Origin: Microthyrium microscopicum
Taxonomy: Eukaryota
Length of the DNA: 64,000 nt
Assembly (NCBI GenBank): GCA_010405405.1
Contig: MU004243.1
Coordinates: 739,340-803,339, forward strand
Reading direction: 5' to 3'
Part shown: positions 11,923-23,268 of the stretch, piece after piece
Layout of the letters: each line of letters opens with the position of its first letter
Numbering within the stretch: the stretch's first letter is position 1
Notes under the pieces: model-generated
Database searches by the model: none
Told to the model about the DNA's origin: nothing
What the model saw: the letters and a program-made list of their open reading frames with translations, nothing else
Translations under genes and position numbers: made by a program

Positions 11923-14262
11923 ATGTCTATCTTATTCTCCCGGGCCAGGTCAAGCTTCGGCTATGTTATGATTCTCATAGCAGGCCTACTGTTTCAGCAT
12001 ACACTCGGTTTGTCTCTCTTTAACCCAGAGTTGGTGGAGAGACGCAGCTCAGACAACGTCTCCGCCAATGGACAGTTACTAGAACTAGACAACGTCTTTT
12101 TATTGCACCCACAAGCAGTCGCCGCAGAACCATCGCCAAATCACCAAAGCACCTGGAAATTCTCACCACGCAACTTATTTGCTCGCGATACAGGCTGCTG
12201 TAGCGGAACATGCTTCACTGGCACCAATCTAGTCTGCTGTCCCACATCAGCAACCCCGTTAGCATGTAACAATGGTATAGGCTGCTGTACTGGTGGTGGA
12301 AGTTCCGAATGCTGCGGTCATGCCGATGATATTTGTTGCCTTGGAACCTGTTGTCTTGCAGGCTATGTATGCGCTGGTACTAATAACGACCAATGTGGAT
12401 ACAGAACGTACGTACAGAATCGATAAGCTTTTGTTGCTTGGGCATCGCTGCTCGTACTATCAAATCGAGGCACGCAAGCTAACTTTACCAGGGTGACCGC
12501 GACCAACTATTATACGACCTTTGGAACGACAACTATAGTAGTCACAAGCACGAGTACAAACACCTTCACTGCGACTTCTACGTATACATCCACTTCCACT
12601 GTCCTTGAAACAGTGTCGAATGTAAAAACTGCGACGGCCGTTGACACTACAGTTATTATATCCAAGAGAGGCATATTCACTACTCCAATTTCGAGCACAA
12701 GGCTTACCAGCACAACCGCTACTAGCACAGAAACAACGAGTACAGAGGAGACGGTACCACCCAAGGCCACAGAGTCTCCAACTCATTCTTTGTTGGCGCC
12801 AGAAACTATTGACAGCCAAGCACTTCTGGCCCGAAAGGGACGCATCGGAAAGAGAACCGTCGATCCCATTACCGTAACAACCACGCAAGTGGTCAACGGA
12901 GGCACTTATACTCAAACATCAACATATGTGGCCGGAGCGTCAGTCACAACCACTTTAGTTGTTACAGCTTATGCTACAGTCACATCAACAGTTGTAGTTG
13001 GTGCTCAAACAACTGTGCATGTAAAAACCACATCTACTACGACCACTTCGGCGAAAGCCACCGCGGCTGCAAAATCTACTTCAGGCAACGCACAAGCAGC
13101 TGGCGGGCAATCAAATAGCGGTCAGACAACAAACCCATTTACAGTTACGGGCCCTGTCGCGCCAGCTTTATCAACTCTCCGCGCTCTTGTTCCAGCCAGC
13201 GCTCAGACAGATCCTACTGCTGCCTGCTTCATCCAATCCTCTTACTCCGCCTGCTACGCCACCCCTACCTGGTGGTCATCTCTCCCCGGCGACTCTCAAA
13301 CTTACTTTTCATCCGTCAACTCAGCCAACAATGCTGCTTGTACATCGTGTCCTGCTAGCGGTGGCTCCGCTGGTCTTTCCACTGGCGCCAAAGCCGGAAT
13401 TGGTGTCGGCGCCGTGGCTGGTGTCGCAGGAATCGCCGCACTGGTCGCTTTTCTCATTAAAGCCGGCGTTTTCTCCTCTGTAGCCGGTGGCGGAGCGGCA
13501 GCGAACTCAGCAGCCATGACTGCAAATGTATCTTCATCCGCGGCACAGGCTGGTAATGGCCAGGCCGCGATGAACAGCATGTCAGCTGGCCAGGCGGGTC
13601 AGGCAGGACAAGCACAGATGGCTCAAGGCGCGATGGGCACTCAAGGAGCTGGATGGAGTGGAGTTACAGGGCAGTCCGGCGCACACGCTGGCTGGTCTGG
13701 GGCGATGGGTCAACCCGGTGCACAGGCAGGATGGACTGGAGCGATGGGCGCTCCTGGAGCTCATGGAATGCCTGCGGGTGAAATAGCTGGACTTACAGCA
13801 GCTGGTGTTGCAGGCGGTGTCGCGGGTGGTGCACTGCTGGGTCGAAGAAGAGAGAGTGAGCAGTCAGTATCTCGACGGCCTGTAGCGGGCAGTACGATCA
13901 GCCATGATTCTGGACTTTACACTGCTTCGCCTACTATGTCCTCTTCACAACCTGAGGGCTACACGGATTATGACCATCCGCAAGTATATCAGAACCAGCA
14001 GCCATATCAACAACCACACCAACAGCCATACCAGCAGCCATATCAACAGCAATACCAGCAACCTCCACAGTACCAAGCTTATCAGCAGCCTCAGCAGCAG
14101 CAATATCCTGGTGGACGCCAGAACATGACTCGCTCGATTCCAGAAATGGGTCCTGTGCCTGTTAGTCCGCCGCTATCTAGTAATGGAGGCCAGGGACACC
14201 ACGAGATGGCAGGGAATCAGATTTATGAGAGTGATGCTGCGGAAAGAAGAGGGTACCCTTGA
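11923..14262 (+). CDS. Type I membrane mucin-like protein: CC-repeat Cys-rich head, Thr/Ser stalk, TM helix, low-complexity cytoplasmic tail
   Basis: ORFs 11923-12426 and 12493-14262 joined by intron 12408-12491; repeated CC doublets; LSTGAKAGIGVGAVAGVAGIAALVAFLI TM; QQPY repeats. Confidence 0.8.
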
Positions 14263-14484
14263 TTGCTTGCGATTTCATAACCTAGACAAACTCTGAAGAG
14301 ACCACACATCACTTTGTTTCAACCCATAGTAATGAGATATAATATGGTTGTTATGCATGAACTTTATTCATTAAACCTCTGTATATCACTATGGCTATAT
14401 GCTCCATAGGTGACTCCGAGGAAGTTACCTGTGCTCGACGCTCACAGCGTAAACAGCACACAAGATATACAAGACTCTAGGTAA

Positions 14485-17400
14485 TCAAGTCTTTCCGCAT
14501 GTCTTCAGAATCTTTTGTACAAGATCATCGTTTCGTCTGAAAGACTGGGGAAACTTTGCCAGATCAGAATCTTTCAAACCCCGACGGGCAGCACTAGCTT
14601 CAGTAAGAATGTCCTCATCCAGCTTCGCAACCTTGCCACCACCGCCGATGCCCGCCAAAAGGCCTATAATGGCAAATGGGGCAGATTCTGGATCGCTGAC
14701 GATGTCTTCAATGGTCAAAGCAGCATTTCCAGCCTGGTCGATTACCAGTGCAATTCGAGAGACTGCGACTGCGCCACCGAAGGCTGCACCCAGTGCTTCA
14801 CCTGCAAATGGAAGGACCATAAGAACGATGCTCAATATCATCAAGATTAACTGCTTCTTTTTTTCATCGTGCACCTTTTGCCCGATGTCTTTGATGTTCT
14901 TCATGCTTGCGACGGCCTCTTGCAGCATAAGTATCGGCATGGACACTCCTGTAACAGCATCTTTCTCATCGCCTTGCAAAACACTCATACCCAAATCTGT
15001 AGACACTGCAAGTATGCCGATCTGAAGGTCGGTAATGTTCGGCATGACCTTTTGAATGATATCTTTCGGATTCGGCACATCCACCTTATCTGATTTCTGC
15101 GGAAAAGAGTGCCTTAAGTGTTGTAGCTTTTGGCATGGTTGAGATCCGCCTCCCGGTCGAGATTCCGGATTCAGTGCACAGGTGTATCCATCGTTAACAT
15201 CTCCAAACTTCACCCAGTCTTTAGGCATCCCAAGGTCCTTGGATATGGCATCATAGAAACCATTAGCGTCATTCAGCTCATACGTTATGTCGTAACGTTG
15301 ATCTAGCTGCCAGAACTTGTTAGGAGGAGGACATTGGTCAGTGCCTTTTTTGTTCCCAGCTTCCCAATGGCAAATAAAGTATTTATTGCCAGGCCCTTTG
15401 TCCAGGTCCATGTAGTCCTTCAGGCGGGGGCTGATACTGTCTTTGACCCAGTCCACATAGTAACCGAACTTGTCGTCATAACCCGCAGCTGCATCGGCAT
15501 AATCACTGCTGAAATTTTCCATGGACTCGGAGAGAATTTCCATTGTAAATTGAGCAGTGCAGTGAGAAGGGACACTGTCAAGAGCGGCCGCAAGGCCTTC
15601 CAAGTTTCCCGGGTTCTGACTTGGGTGACAAGCAAGATCCGGCATGACAAATTCAGTGTCATTACCTCCTCCAACAGAGCCTTGCCAGTCTTCTAAATCT
15701 ATTGCCCAATCGGTTGTCCCAGCAAAGTTCAGGCTCTTAATCCAGTCGGTTCGCCGAGCTTTGACATCGCGATCCATCCAAGCCACCCAGTCAGCTGCGG
15801 CGGCATCCCCATACACAAGAATGTTGGAGTCAGACTCGACATCTACGTAATTGGTGAAAATTGTGTAGTTGGCCGGGTTCTCAATATTGTCCCTGATCTC
15901 AGCATCGGCAATGTAACCAGCTGTCTCTGTGCATAAGCCGGGATATGCATCGGAATGAGCTCTAGAGCCTGTGTATGTGCACATTGGGCCGTCACATTTC
16001 CAATCTGACATTCGAAAGCTTCGACCATAACTCGAAACTCCGACCATGATTTTGCTAGCGGAGACTCCTGCTTTGGTTATCATAGAAAGAACGTTGGAGG
16101 TCTCAGTTTTATTGACATGAGATCGTAAACAATTCCCCCCTGGGCAACCGGGAATGGCATTTTTGTTGCCGTAATCTGTTTCAAGCGTTAGATTATTATT
16201 ACAAACATCCAATAGACCTACTCACCCCATTGTCCGTGGAGATCGTAAGTCATGTAGATGAAATAATCTACATATTTCTGCATGTCATTGACAGGAAAAG
16301 CTCGCAAGTACCAGAAAGAGGCCGGCAGAGCGATTGAGAGAGACGAAATAGCTGGCATTTTTGATCGAACGGACTTCAAAAAGTTGAGATAGTTTTGGCC
16401 TTCTTCTGCGCCACCTGGAGGAATACCAGGAATATCCGGTACTCCTGGGTACTCCCAGTCAAAGTCTAAGCCATCCAGGCCATACTTGTTCAGAAAGGAA
16501 ACAACATTATGGGCAGTGGCTTCCACATTGGCTGGTGCGGTGGCCTGTCGGAATATCATGTAAGTCGCTGGTTCTGTAGAAAATGCCCAACCTCCGAAAG
16601 ACATGATTTTTTTGATGCCCTTCATTTGAACGAATTTGGCAAACTGATCTTCCATTCCTGTTATGTTTACTTGAAAGTTTGGTGTTAGAGTGGCGAAGGA
16701 AAAGTGTATGTGAGTGAAGTTGTTTTGGTTAATCTGGGTGACATCCATGTTAAGGCATCTTCGATCTTGGTTCCACGCGGTAAAATATCCAACACGAGAG
16801 AAGCTTGAAGGTTGGTTTTTGTTATTTACTATATCCATGCCGCAGGAGCCTGCGCAGCCATTCTGTTGTGTGGAGGTGCCTGGTGCACCGGTGTCTGCTA
16901 GATGCTTCGTACAAAAGTCGTCAGTTGTTCCACAGTAGCCCCAGATACTGCAGCATGCATTCAGCGGGCATAGATTGAGATCTTCTAGCTTGGTCCCATT
17001 TGTAGGCTTCTGTGTTCCTTGGACTTGCGGGCCGCACACCAATCCTGCCGACTGAGCAGGCATTGGCGGATCCCCGGGACTTAAGCATAGTAGTTGACCT
17101 GGCTTGAGTTTGCTACAACCTGCCCAGCCCCAAGTATTCTGATTGTTGTTTGTGATATCACCTTGTTTTATGCCGTTTTTGTTTGCAATGGCCCAACACC
17201 CTTCACCTGCAAGTACCTGGTACGTGAAGCAAGTTCCATCCGGACCCGGTGAGACTGTTGGAACGGCGATCAACGTTCTGGTAGAGTTCCAATTGAAGCC
17301 AGTGGCGTTCACATTGATAGATGAAGCACCCGAGAACGAGCTGTGCACACCTATCTCTATTTCTCCACCGGACTTGGGAAGATCTAAACACTCAGAATTG

Positions 17401-18143
17401 GACCACGTGCTAACTGCTTCCTGAATCTTGGCCAAGTCGGGGATTCCGCCACCAAATGCTCCAAATATCCAAGATTCGGAAGATCTAGGAGTGCAAAGTT
17501 GAAAGACCTGATTGCTGGGATCTGTATGTTTCGCGAAAATATCGAGAAGATCGGCTCCTGCAGATTGTTGAAGACCGAAACCAGCATAGCTGCCAACAAT
17601 GGCACCTCCCGACTTGGCGAAGAGGAGCCTCTGACCGCATGACGGGGTGCTCTTGAAGTAGTGTGCTAGATGCTTTGCTGCAGCTGAAATATCGGGCACA
17701 GTCGCCGGAATAATGCTGGCACTGCTTCCCCAGCGAGACATGATTCCAACTTTTTCGATCCTGGTGTTACATTCAGAACTGTTGGGAGCGGTATCCAGAA
17801 CTGTGCCGTTTGTCGTCGTATTTGTCTCTTTGTATTGGGGTGTGATTGATGCTGATGAGGAGTAGTCTTCCGCGCCGCCAGACACGCAAACCCGAAGAAC
17901 TGTTTCAGCATTTGAATCTTTGTCCGAATAAGGAACATTTATGTCGAATAGCAGTGTCCCCATGCAGTCGATTAAGACCTCTAGTGAGTGATAAGTTGTC
18001 CACTGAGATGGATCGGGTCCGGCTTCATTGCATAAGCGCGGACAAATGTCAACATAAATCCCAAAACGACCTCCAGTTACGCCCTCAGAGGTATGGAGGT
18101 TGCAAAGAATCAAGGAGACGAGGAAATGGTATCGGATTTTCAT
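14485..18143 (-). CDS. Subgroup C GH18 chitinase (LysM + CBM18 + GH18 + hydrophobic C-terminal region), killer-toxin alpha/beta-like, ~1200 aa
   Basis: Signal peptide; LysM (YQVLAGEGCWAIA..WGWAGC..LCLS); hevein-type CPLNACCSIWGYCGTTDDFC; SFGGW and catalytic DGLDFDWEYP; MTYDLHGQW; intron 16176-16225. Confidence 0.93.
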
Positions 18144-18486
18144 GCTGAAAATGAAATGTAGTTTACTGGCAACCTGCGTCTTGAAGAAAACTTAAAGCAA
18201 AAGGAAGGATAAGCTAGAAACACTGGAGGATCTCTTATCTATATGCCTAAATCCTTTTTGTTTCAAGTCAGCAATGTTAGAAGAAATTTGATAATTGGGC
18301 GGCGATGCTAGCTCTTCGCCGCATAAAGTGTTGCGAAAGGACTGATTGAGCAGGTAGCAAGCCTAGGATTTAGAATATAAATTGAGGATTCAGCACACAG
18401 TTTACGGGACAGTTCAGAATCCAGAACTTTTAGAGATGACATCTTAATTAATTCTACCTGGTCAATGAAGAAGGCGATCTGTTCCT

Positions 18487-20100
18487 TCAGGAAGAATGCT
18501 CGCCTTCTTGCAAATTACCAAAATTGACATCGCCTTTGTAAAGTCCCATCCAACCACCTTCCCAATTAGAGGCCTTTTCTCTCAGCTCCTCCGACGCACA
18601 TACGAAAAGTTTGATCATATTTGCATTTACTTGAATGCCTCTGCACCCGTAGATTCCTTCATCAAAAATCTGATCTAGATGACCTGCTGAGATACTCCCC
18701 TGTAACCAAGTCGTGGTCGGCTCTTTGTCACGAATAACCGTATTTTCATTGAGCCTCTGAACGAAATTACCCACTTTCGTGAGATCGATGTCCATAGCAG
18801 CAGCACGTCGCTTCAAATCTTCAGCGTAGTGCTTGTTGTGGCTTAATTGAGCCTCCTGAAGCAGAACATTGTGAGGTACAACGTCCAGGGAGTCGTAAGT
18901 GCTCTGATAATCGGCTACAATACAAGCGTGTGCAATTTGCTGCTTCATAGAGGGCCTCCGATGAGCGAGCTCCTGAAGTGTCGTTTGCTGTGGCCACGCA
19001 GGATACCATATCAGATAAGGTAAAACATAATCTGGAGTCTCGTCTGTTATTGAAGATATATCGTTGTCCATGATGAAGCGCGCATTGATGGCCGCTTCGA
19101 TATCCCCTATGTCGCCTCTTCCTTTTAGTGAACGCTTTCGCTCCTGGAACCACCATTTGGCAAACATGGTGCTATGGTATATTCCTCGGATCACGCAGAA
19201 AGTCTCGAGTTGCATAGATTCTGGGCGACGAAGGCGAGCATATCGATCAACATTGCCGTCATAAGCAGCCATCAAGATGAGTAAATCTTTATTTACGGTA
19301 GGAAGATCGAGTGGTAAGGGATTGTAAAGGAGAGGAACATGTTGAGATTCTAGATTCCAGGTTTGTTCGAAAGACCACTTGTATCCTTCTTCGTCCACAC
19401 AACGATCCTCTGTGATGTCGAAATAGTGACCTGACCAGTTATCCAGCCTGCGCTTTTGGTCGAGTGATTTCCGGACAGCAGTATCGCCGTTTAGAAAGGC
19501 GCCAGCCCTGGGATTTTCGATGTTGATAGATCGAGTATAATCGTCCATAATGGAATATCTAACAGTCTGACTGATGATATCTTCGAATATTATATGCCCA
19601 TTTTCCGTACCCTCTCGGGCTTCCTCTGCTATTGATACATCGGGGAGCAGTCCAAGCTCACGGTACAGGTCGACATATCCTGCTGCTGCACATGCTCGAC
19701 CAACGCTGTAGCGCATGTTGGGATAGCGCTGCGCTAGAGTGCGATATGTTCTTTCGGAAGCGAATTCTGGATGCCAGATGCAGTACGGAAAATGTTCTGA
19801 TTGATCGATTTCTGGTATAATGTTGCTCATGATGAATCTGGCGTTACATGCCCGAACAAACTGAGGAAATGCTCCGTCTCGGCAGAGTTTGTTTATCTGA
19901 GAAGACCTCGCAAAAGAATAGTGGTATCGGATGCCGCGAACAATGGCCAATTGGGCTCTAGTATCACTGGCCGCCACCGGACTGTCTAGAGGAAGAGACT
20001 TCCCTTGAAGGGCCAGTATGCATTGCTCTGAATCAAATCTCTTAGGTTCAGTTTCCGATTCCGATGTTGACGACCAATCGCTTGTAATGCTATCCGGCAT
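18487..20100 (-). CDS. Non-secreted hypothetical protein with internal two-fold repeat
   Basis: Intronless ORF, first ATG 20100, no signal peptide; duplicated unit RGI..H..FA / NARFIM.N / PY.IW.P / L..R.P.M..AC..A.Y / EA. Confidence 0.8.
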   Translation of the reverse strand: MPDSITSDWSSTSESETEPKRFDSEQCILALQGKSLPLDSPVAASDTRAQLAIVRGIRYHYSFARSSQINKLCRDGAFPQFVRACNARFIMSNIIPEIDQSEHFPYCIWHPEFASERTYRTLAQRYPNMRYSVGRACAAAGYVDLYRELGLLPDVSIAEEAREGTENGHIIFEDIISQTVRYSIMDDYTRSINIENPRAGAFLNGDTAVRKSLDQKRRLDNWSGHYFDITEDRCVDEEGYKWSFEQTWNLESQHVPLLYNPLPLDLPTVNKDLLILMAAYDGNVDRYARLRRPESMQLETFCVIRGIYHSTMFAKWWFQERKRSLKGRGDIGDIEAAINARFIMDNDISSITDETPDYVLPYLIWYPAWPQQTTLQELAHRRPSMKQQIAHACIVADYQSTYDSLDVVPHNVLLQEAQLSHNKHYAEDLKRRAAAMDIDLTKVGNFVQRLNENTVIRDKEPTTTWLQGSISAGHLDQIFDEGIYGCRGIQVNANMIKLFVCASEELREKASNWEGGWMGLYKGDVNFGNLQEGEHSS

Positions 20101-20958
20101 GACTTGGTTGTAGACTACGAGAAACAACTGTATTGGGCTGTTTTAGTGTTGACTTAAGCCAAAGATTATTTCAAAAATGAAGAAGAGAACAGAAGTTGCG
20201 GTTTGAAACACAGAGGACTTGTGCAAGCAAGGTGGAGTATCGAATATAATGGATCAGGTAAGAAGAGGGCTACGTCCCGTATTCAGACCTTTTATGTTGT
20301 TCTCCCTTGTCGTTAATCGAATCCTGCAGCCCCGTTGATCCTTCCTTGGTCGATGATGTATCTATCAGAAAGGGCATACCTTAGGGCTCATTTCCTTATA
20401 TCCCGTCTCGCCTTCGACATGAAGGCATGAAGGCATGAAGGCAGGCTTCCTACCCTAAACCCCTACTTTAAGAGGAGGTATCTACCATAACCTAGAGGGA
20501 GTAGTTGTAGAAATAGTGTATGAAGCTTTTATGCATGAGATTGTAATTTTTCGCCCTCTCGTGATTGAGTCTAAAAGAACATCGTGATTACCATAATAAA
20601 ATAATTCTCGCCATTGGGTCTTTCCTAAGATTCCCATTCGGTCTTGTCAGTTACCCCCCGCGTAGAAGACCAACTCCATCGACCTAGATTGCTGCCTACC
20701 TAGGTAGGTACCTACCTGTTGCTACTTCTTTGATGTTTTGTGTTGCTTTACCGATACTCAAGTCCAGCATACCCGGGGTAGGTAAGGATCATTGCAGCGA
20801 AAAAATACGAACATGCACATTGATAAGCGTCAGACAAGAGACGACACATGAATAGCGACTTCATTCTTACTGGCATAACAGAGTAAACCTTCAGGGGCAT
20901 TACATACTAATTCTGTCTTTAGATTTCGGCAAAACTTGTGTTTGGGAGGTGAGCCGTC

Positions 20959-21993
20959 TTACTTGCATACTCCACCTTCGTTGTGCTTTACCATTGCTTG
21001 CCAAGATATTTTCCAGGCTTCTTTTACCTCATAATGAGATATTGTGGCAGGCTGGTATTTGGGAAAATACTTCTCTTCCCATTTCCCCTCGCCATAGCCT
21101 TTGACCCATTTCCTAAACAAGTTTCTTTTCGTACGGCTGTCGAACACGTCGGGGTTTGCTTTGATAGTAGTGTCGGTATTAACTTTGTTAAACGGATCCT
21201 CTGGATCGAGTTTATTATCCTCTGGAATTGTTTTAATATTGTCTTCAGGAAGTCCAAATCCATTTTGTGCCTCCTCTCTTGTGAGATCATTGCGCATGTA
21301 GGAATAGAATTCTCCGTTTCGCAGGTATTTAATGGCTTTACCGCAGTCCTGCATATTTTTGGCTTTCTCAGCAACATCATAGTTAATGTTCTGGGCTGGA
21401 CCTTTCCATTCGCTTTGTGGAGTTTGCAACGCTTTTTCCATACTCTGATGCACTAACTCTACCTATTGAGAATTAGTTTGCGTAGAAAATATTCTTCAAA
21501 TCACTCATGTCGATCGTGTCGGTACCTTTCAGTGGGACAACCACATCTAGACCAATCATGAAAAATAGAAGTTTCCAGAGAAGAATTAACCTACCAATTT
21601 AAGATACACGTTCCCAGTTTTCAGCAACCGATAGTTGATTTTCCTCGGTTTGAAAAGATTCACGTAGCCGGCGGCTTTCAATTCATTCGCCACGACTTCG
21701 ACATCCCGTCCCTCGCGTGGTCCTTCAATCTGGCATCTATAAGGATACACATCCGAGACATTGTCAATGCATTCTTGAAATGTGAAAGTGTTCCCAGGCC
21801 CTGAACGCGAAGGCTGCAGCCCTCCTCTTTGCTGTGGTATCGGCAATATCACGTTTTGGGTGTTTCCCTCGATTGTATTGAGGATCAGATATGCCTCACA
21901 GAAATATACTCTTTCGTAGGAACCTGAGAGACCTTTTGCAAAAGCAGTGGATGTGAGGCACGAAAGGCCGATGAAAGCTGTTTGAAAAAACAT
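20959..21993 (-). CDS. Secreted ~300-aa protein, candidate gamma-toxin (anticodon nuclease-like) subunit
   Basis: Signal MFFQTAFIGLSCLTSTAFA; intron 21463-21594 joins the two ORFs in frame; mature N-terminus KGLSGSYERVY; ends SHYEVKEAW..GGVCK. Gene model is solid; function is inferred. Confidence 0.7.
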
Positions 21994-23268
21994 CTAGACC
22001 AAGTCTTTCTCGTAAGAGATGAACTTCTGGTCATAAACTGAATTTGAGCACTTGTTTTGTCAGTTTACAAACAACTTTGGAGCAGTAGAAGCATACATAC
22101 AGCGACTGTAGAGATACCAAATTGGTTGGTAAAGAACGAATAATCTTGCAAGCTGGGACACGACCGCTTTCCATAGATGGTGCATTTCTACATAAAGACA
22201 TTTCAGAACTCTCTACGCCGCAATTCAAGAGAGAAGAAACAAACGATGCGTATATCGTTCCTTAAGGATTCATTTTCACATCCCTAGCACGCAAGGATGA
22301 GATAAAGCTGATAGTCAGATTGTGTTACAAGACGGTGCTTCAAACATCCTAGTGCCTATCAGCCACTAAGACCAGGAATCAGTCCGGAAGGAATACTAGA
22401 GTAAAATCAATGGTAAGAACATGATATACCCTTGTACGTAGGTGAAATTACCTTTTACTACCATGGGAAATGTAGCATATTGTCTAGCAAAACCGACTTC
22501 GCCGCTCAAATCATACAACGTTGTGGGAAGGTAGTGCACTCCAGCTTTTGATGTCAGTCAGGGCACGTAGGATGCATATAGATATGATGGAGTTAATTGT
22601 TGACCCATAATGAAGTGCGAGAAGAAGGCTTTTACTAATAGGCAACAATGTTGCATTGCATTTCTTATCTGGCTTATACTGGATATCGTCGGTGCGAGGA
22701 TATTCATAAAGTAATCTGCCTCGTCATTAGTTATATCTAAGAACCTGAAGAAAGTTTGACGTCGCCATAAAATAATTTGCAAAGTAAACTACTGTGCCTC
22801 CTTATTCCTGGAAATCCAATGTGTTTGAACTACTTTGGAGGGTTCATTACTGAATCCTGTCAAGATCGTAGTGGGCATCACTCCCAACTTTACCGCCTCA
22901 ATGACACAAACAGAAGGTTACATTGGCCATTATATACCTATAGCACATCACTTGGACAGTCTCGATCTGTGCAAGGAAAATACTGGGCCTCGAAGGAATG
23001 TATGTAGTAGTCAATTTGGCTGTAATTGTACAAGGTGAGCAACTGAGAAATTGATTGTTGTGAAAGTAACTTCCGTGACGGAAGCAGATATCTAGCAAGT
23101 TTGACAAGGTAAATATCATGCGCCTCGACCAGTCGGCTCACGCCTAAGATCTCTCACTTCGGTACATGAATCTTATGACGGACAAACTCTCAATTCATTC
23201 CTTCAACAAACACACGTTATCCTATACTGTGCAACTTGAAAGACCGAAGACATCCCCAATACCAGAAT

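Noticed and set aside
13990..14105. CAG/CAA-rich repeats as a CRISPR-like or non-coding array
   Set aside because: Coding QQPY repeats within a eukaryotic gene; no repeat-spacer structure.
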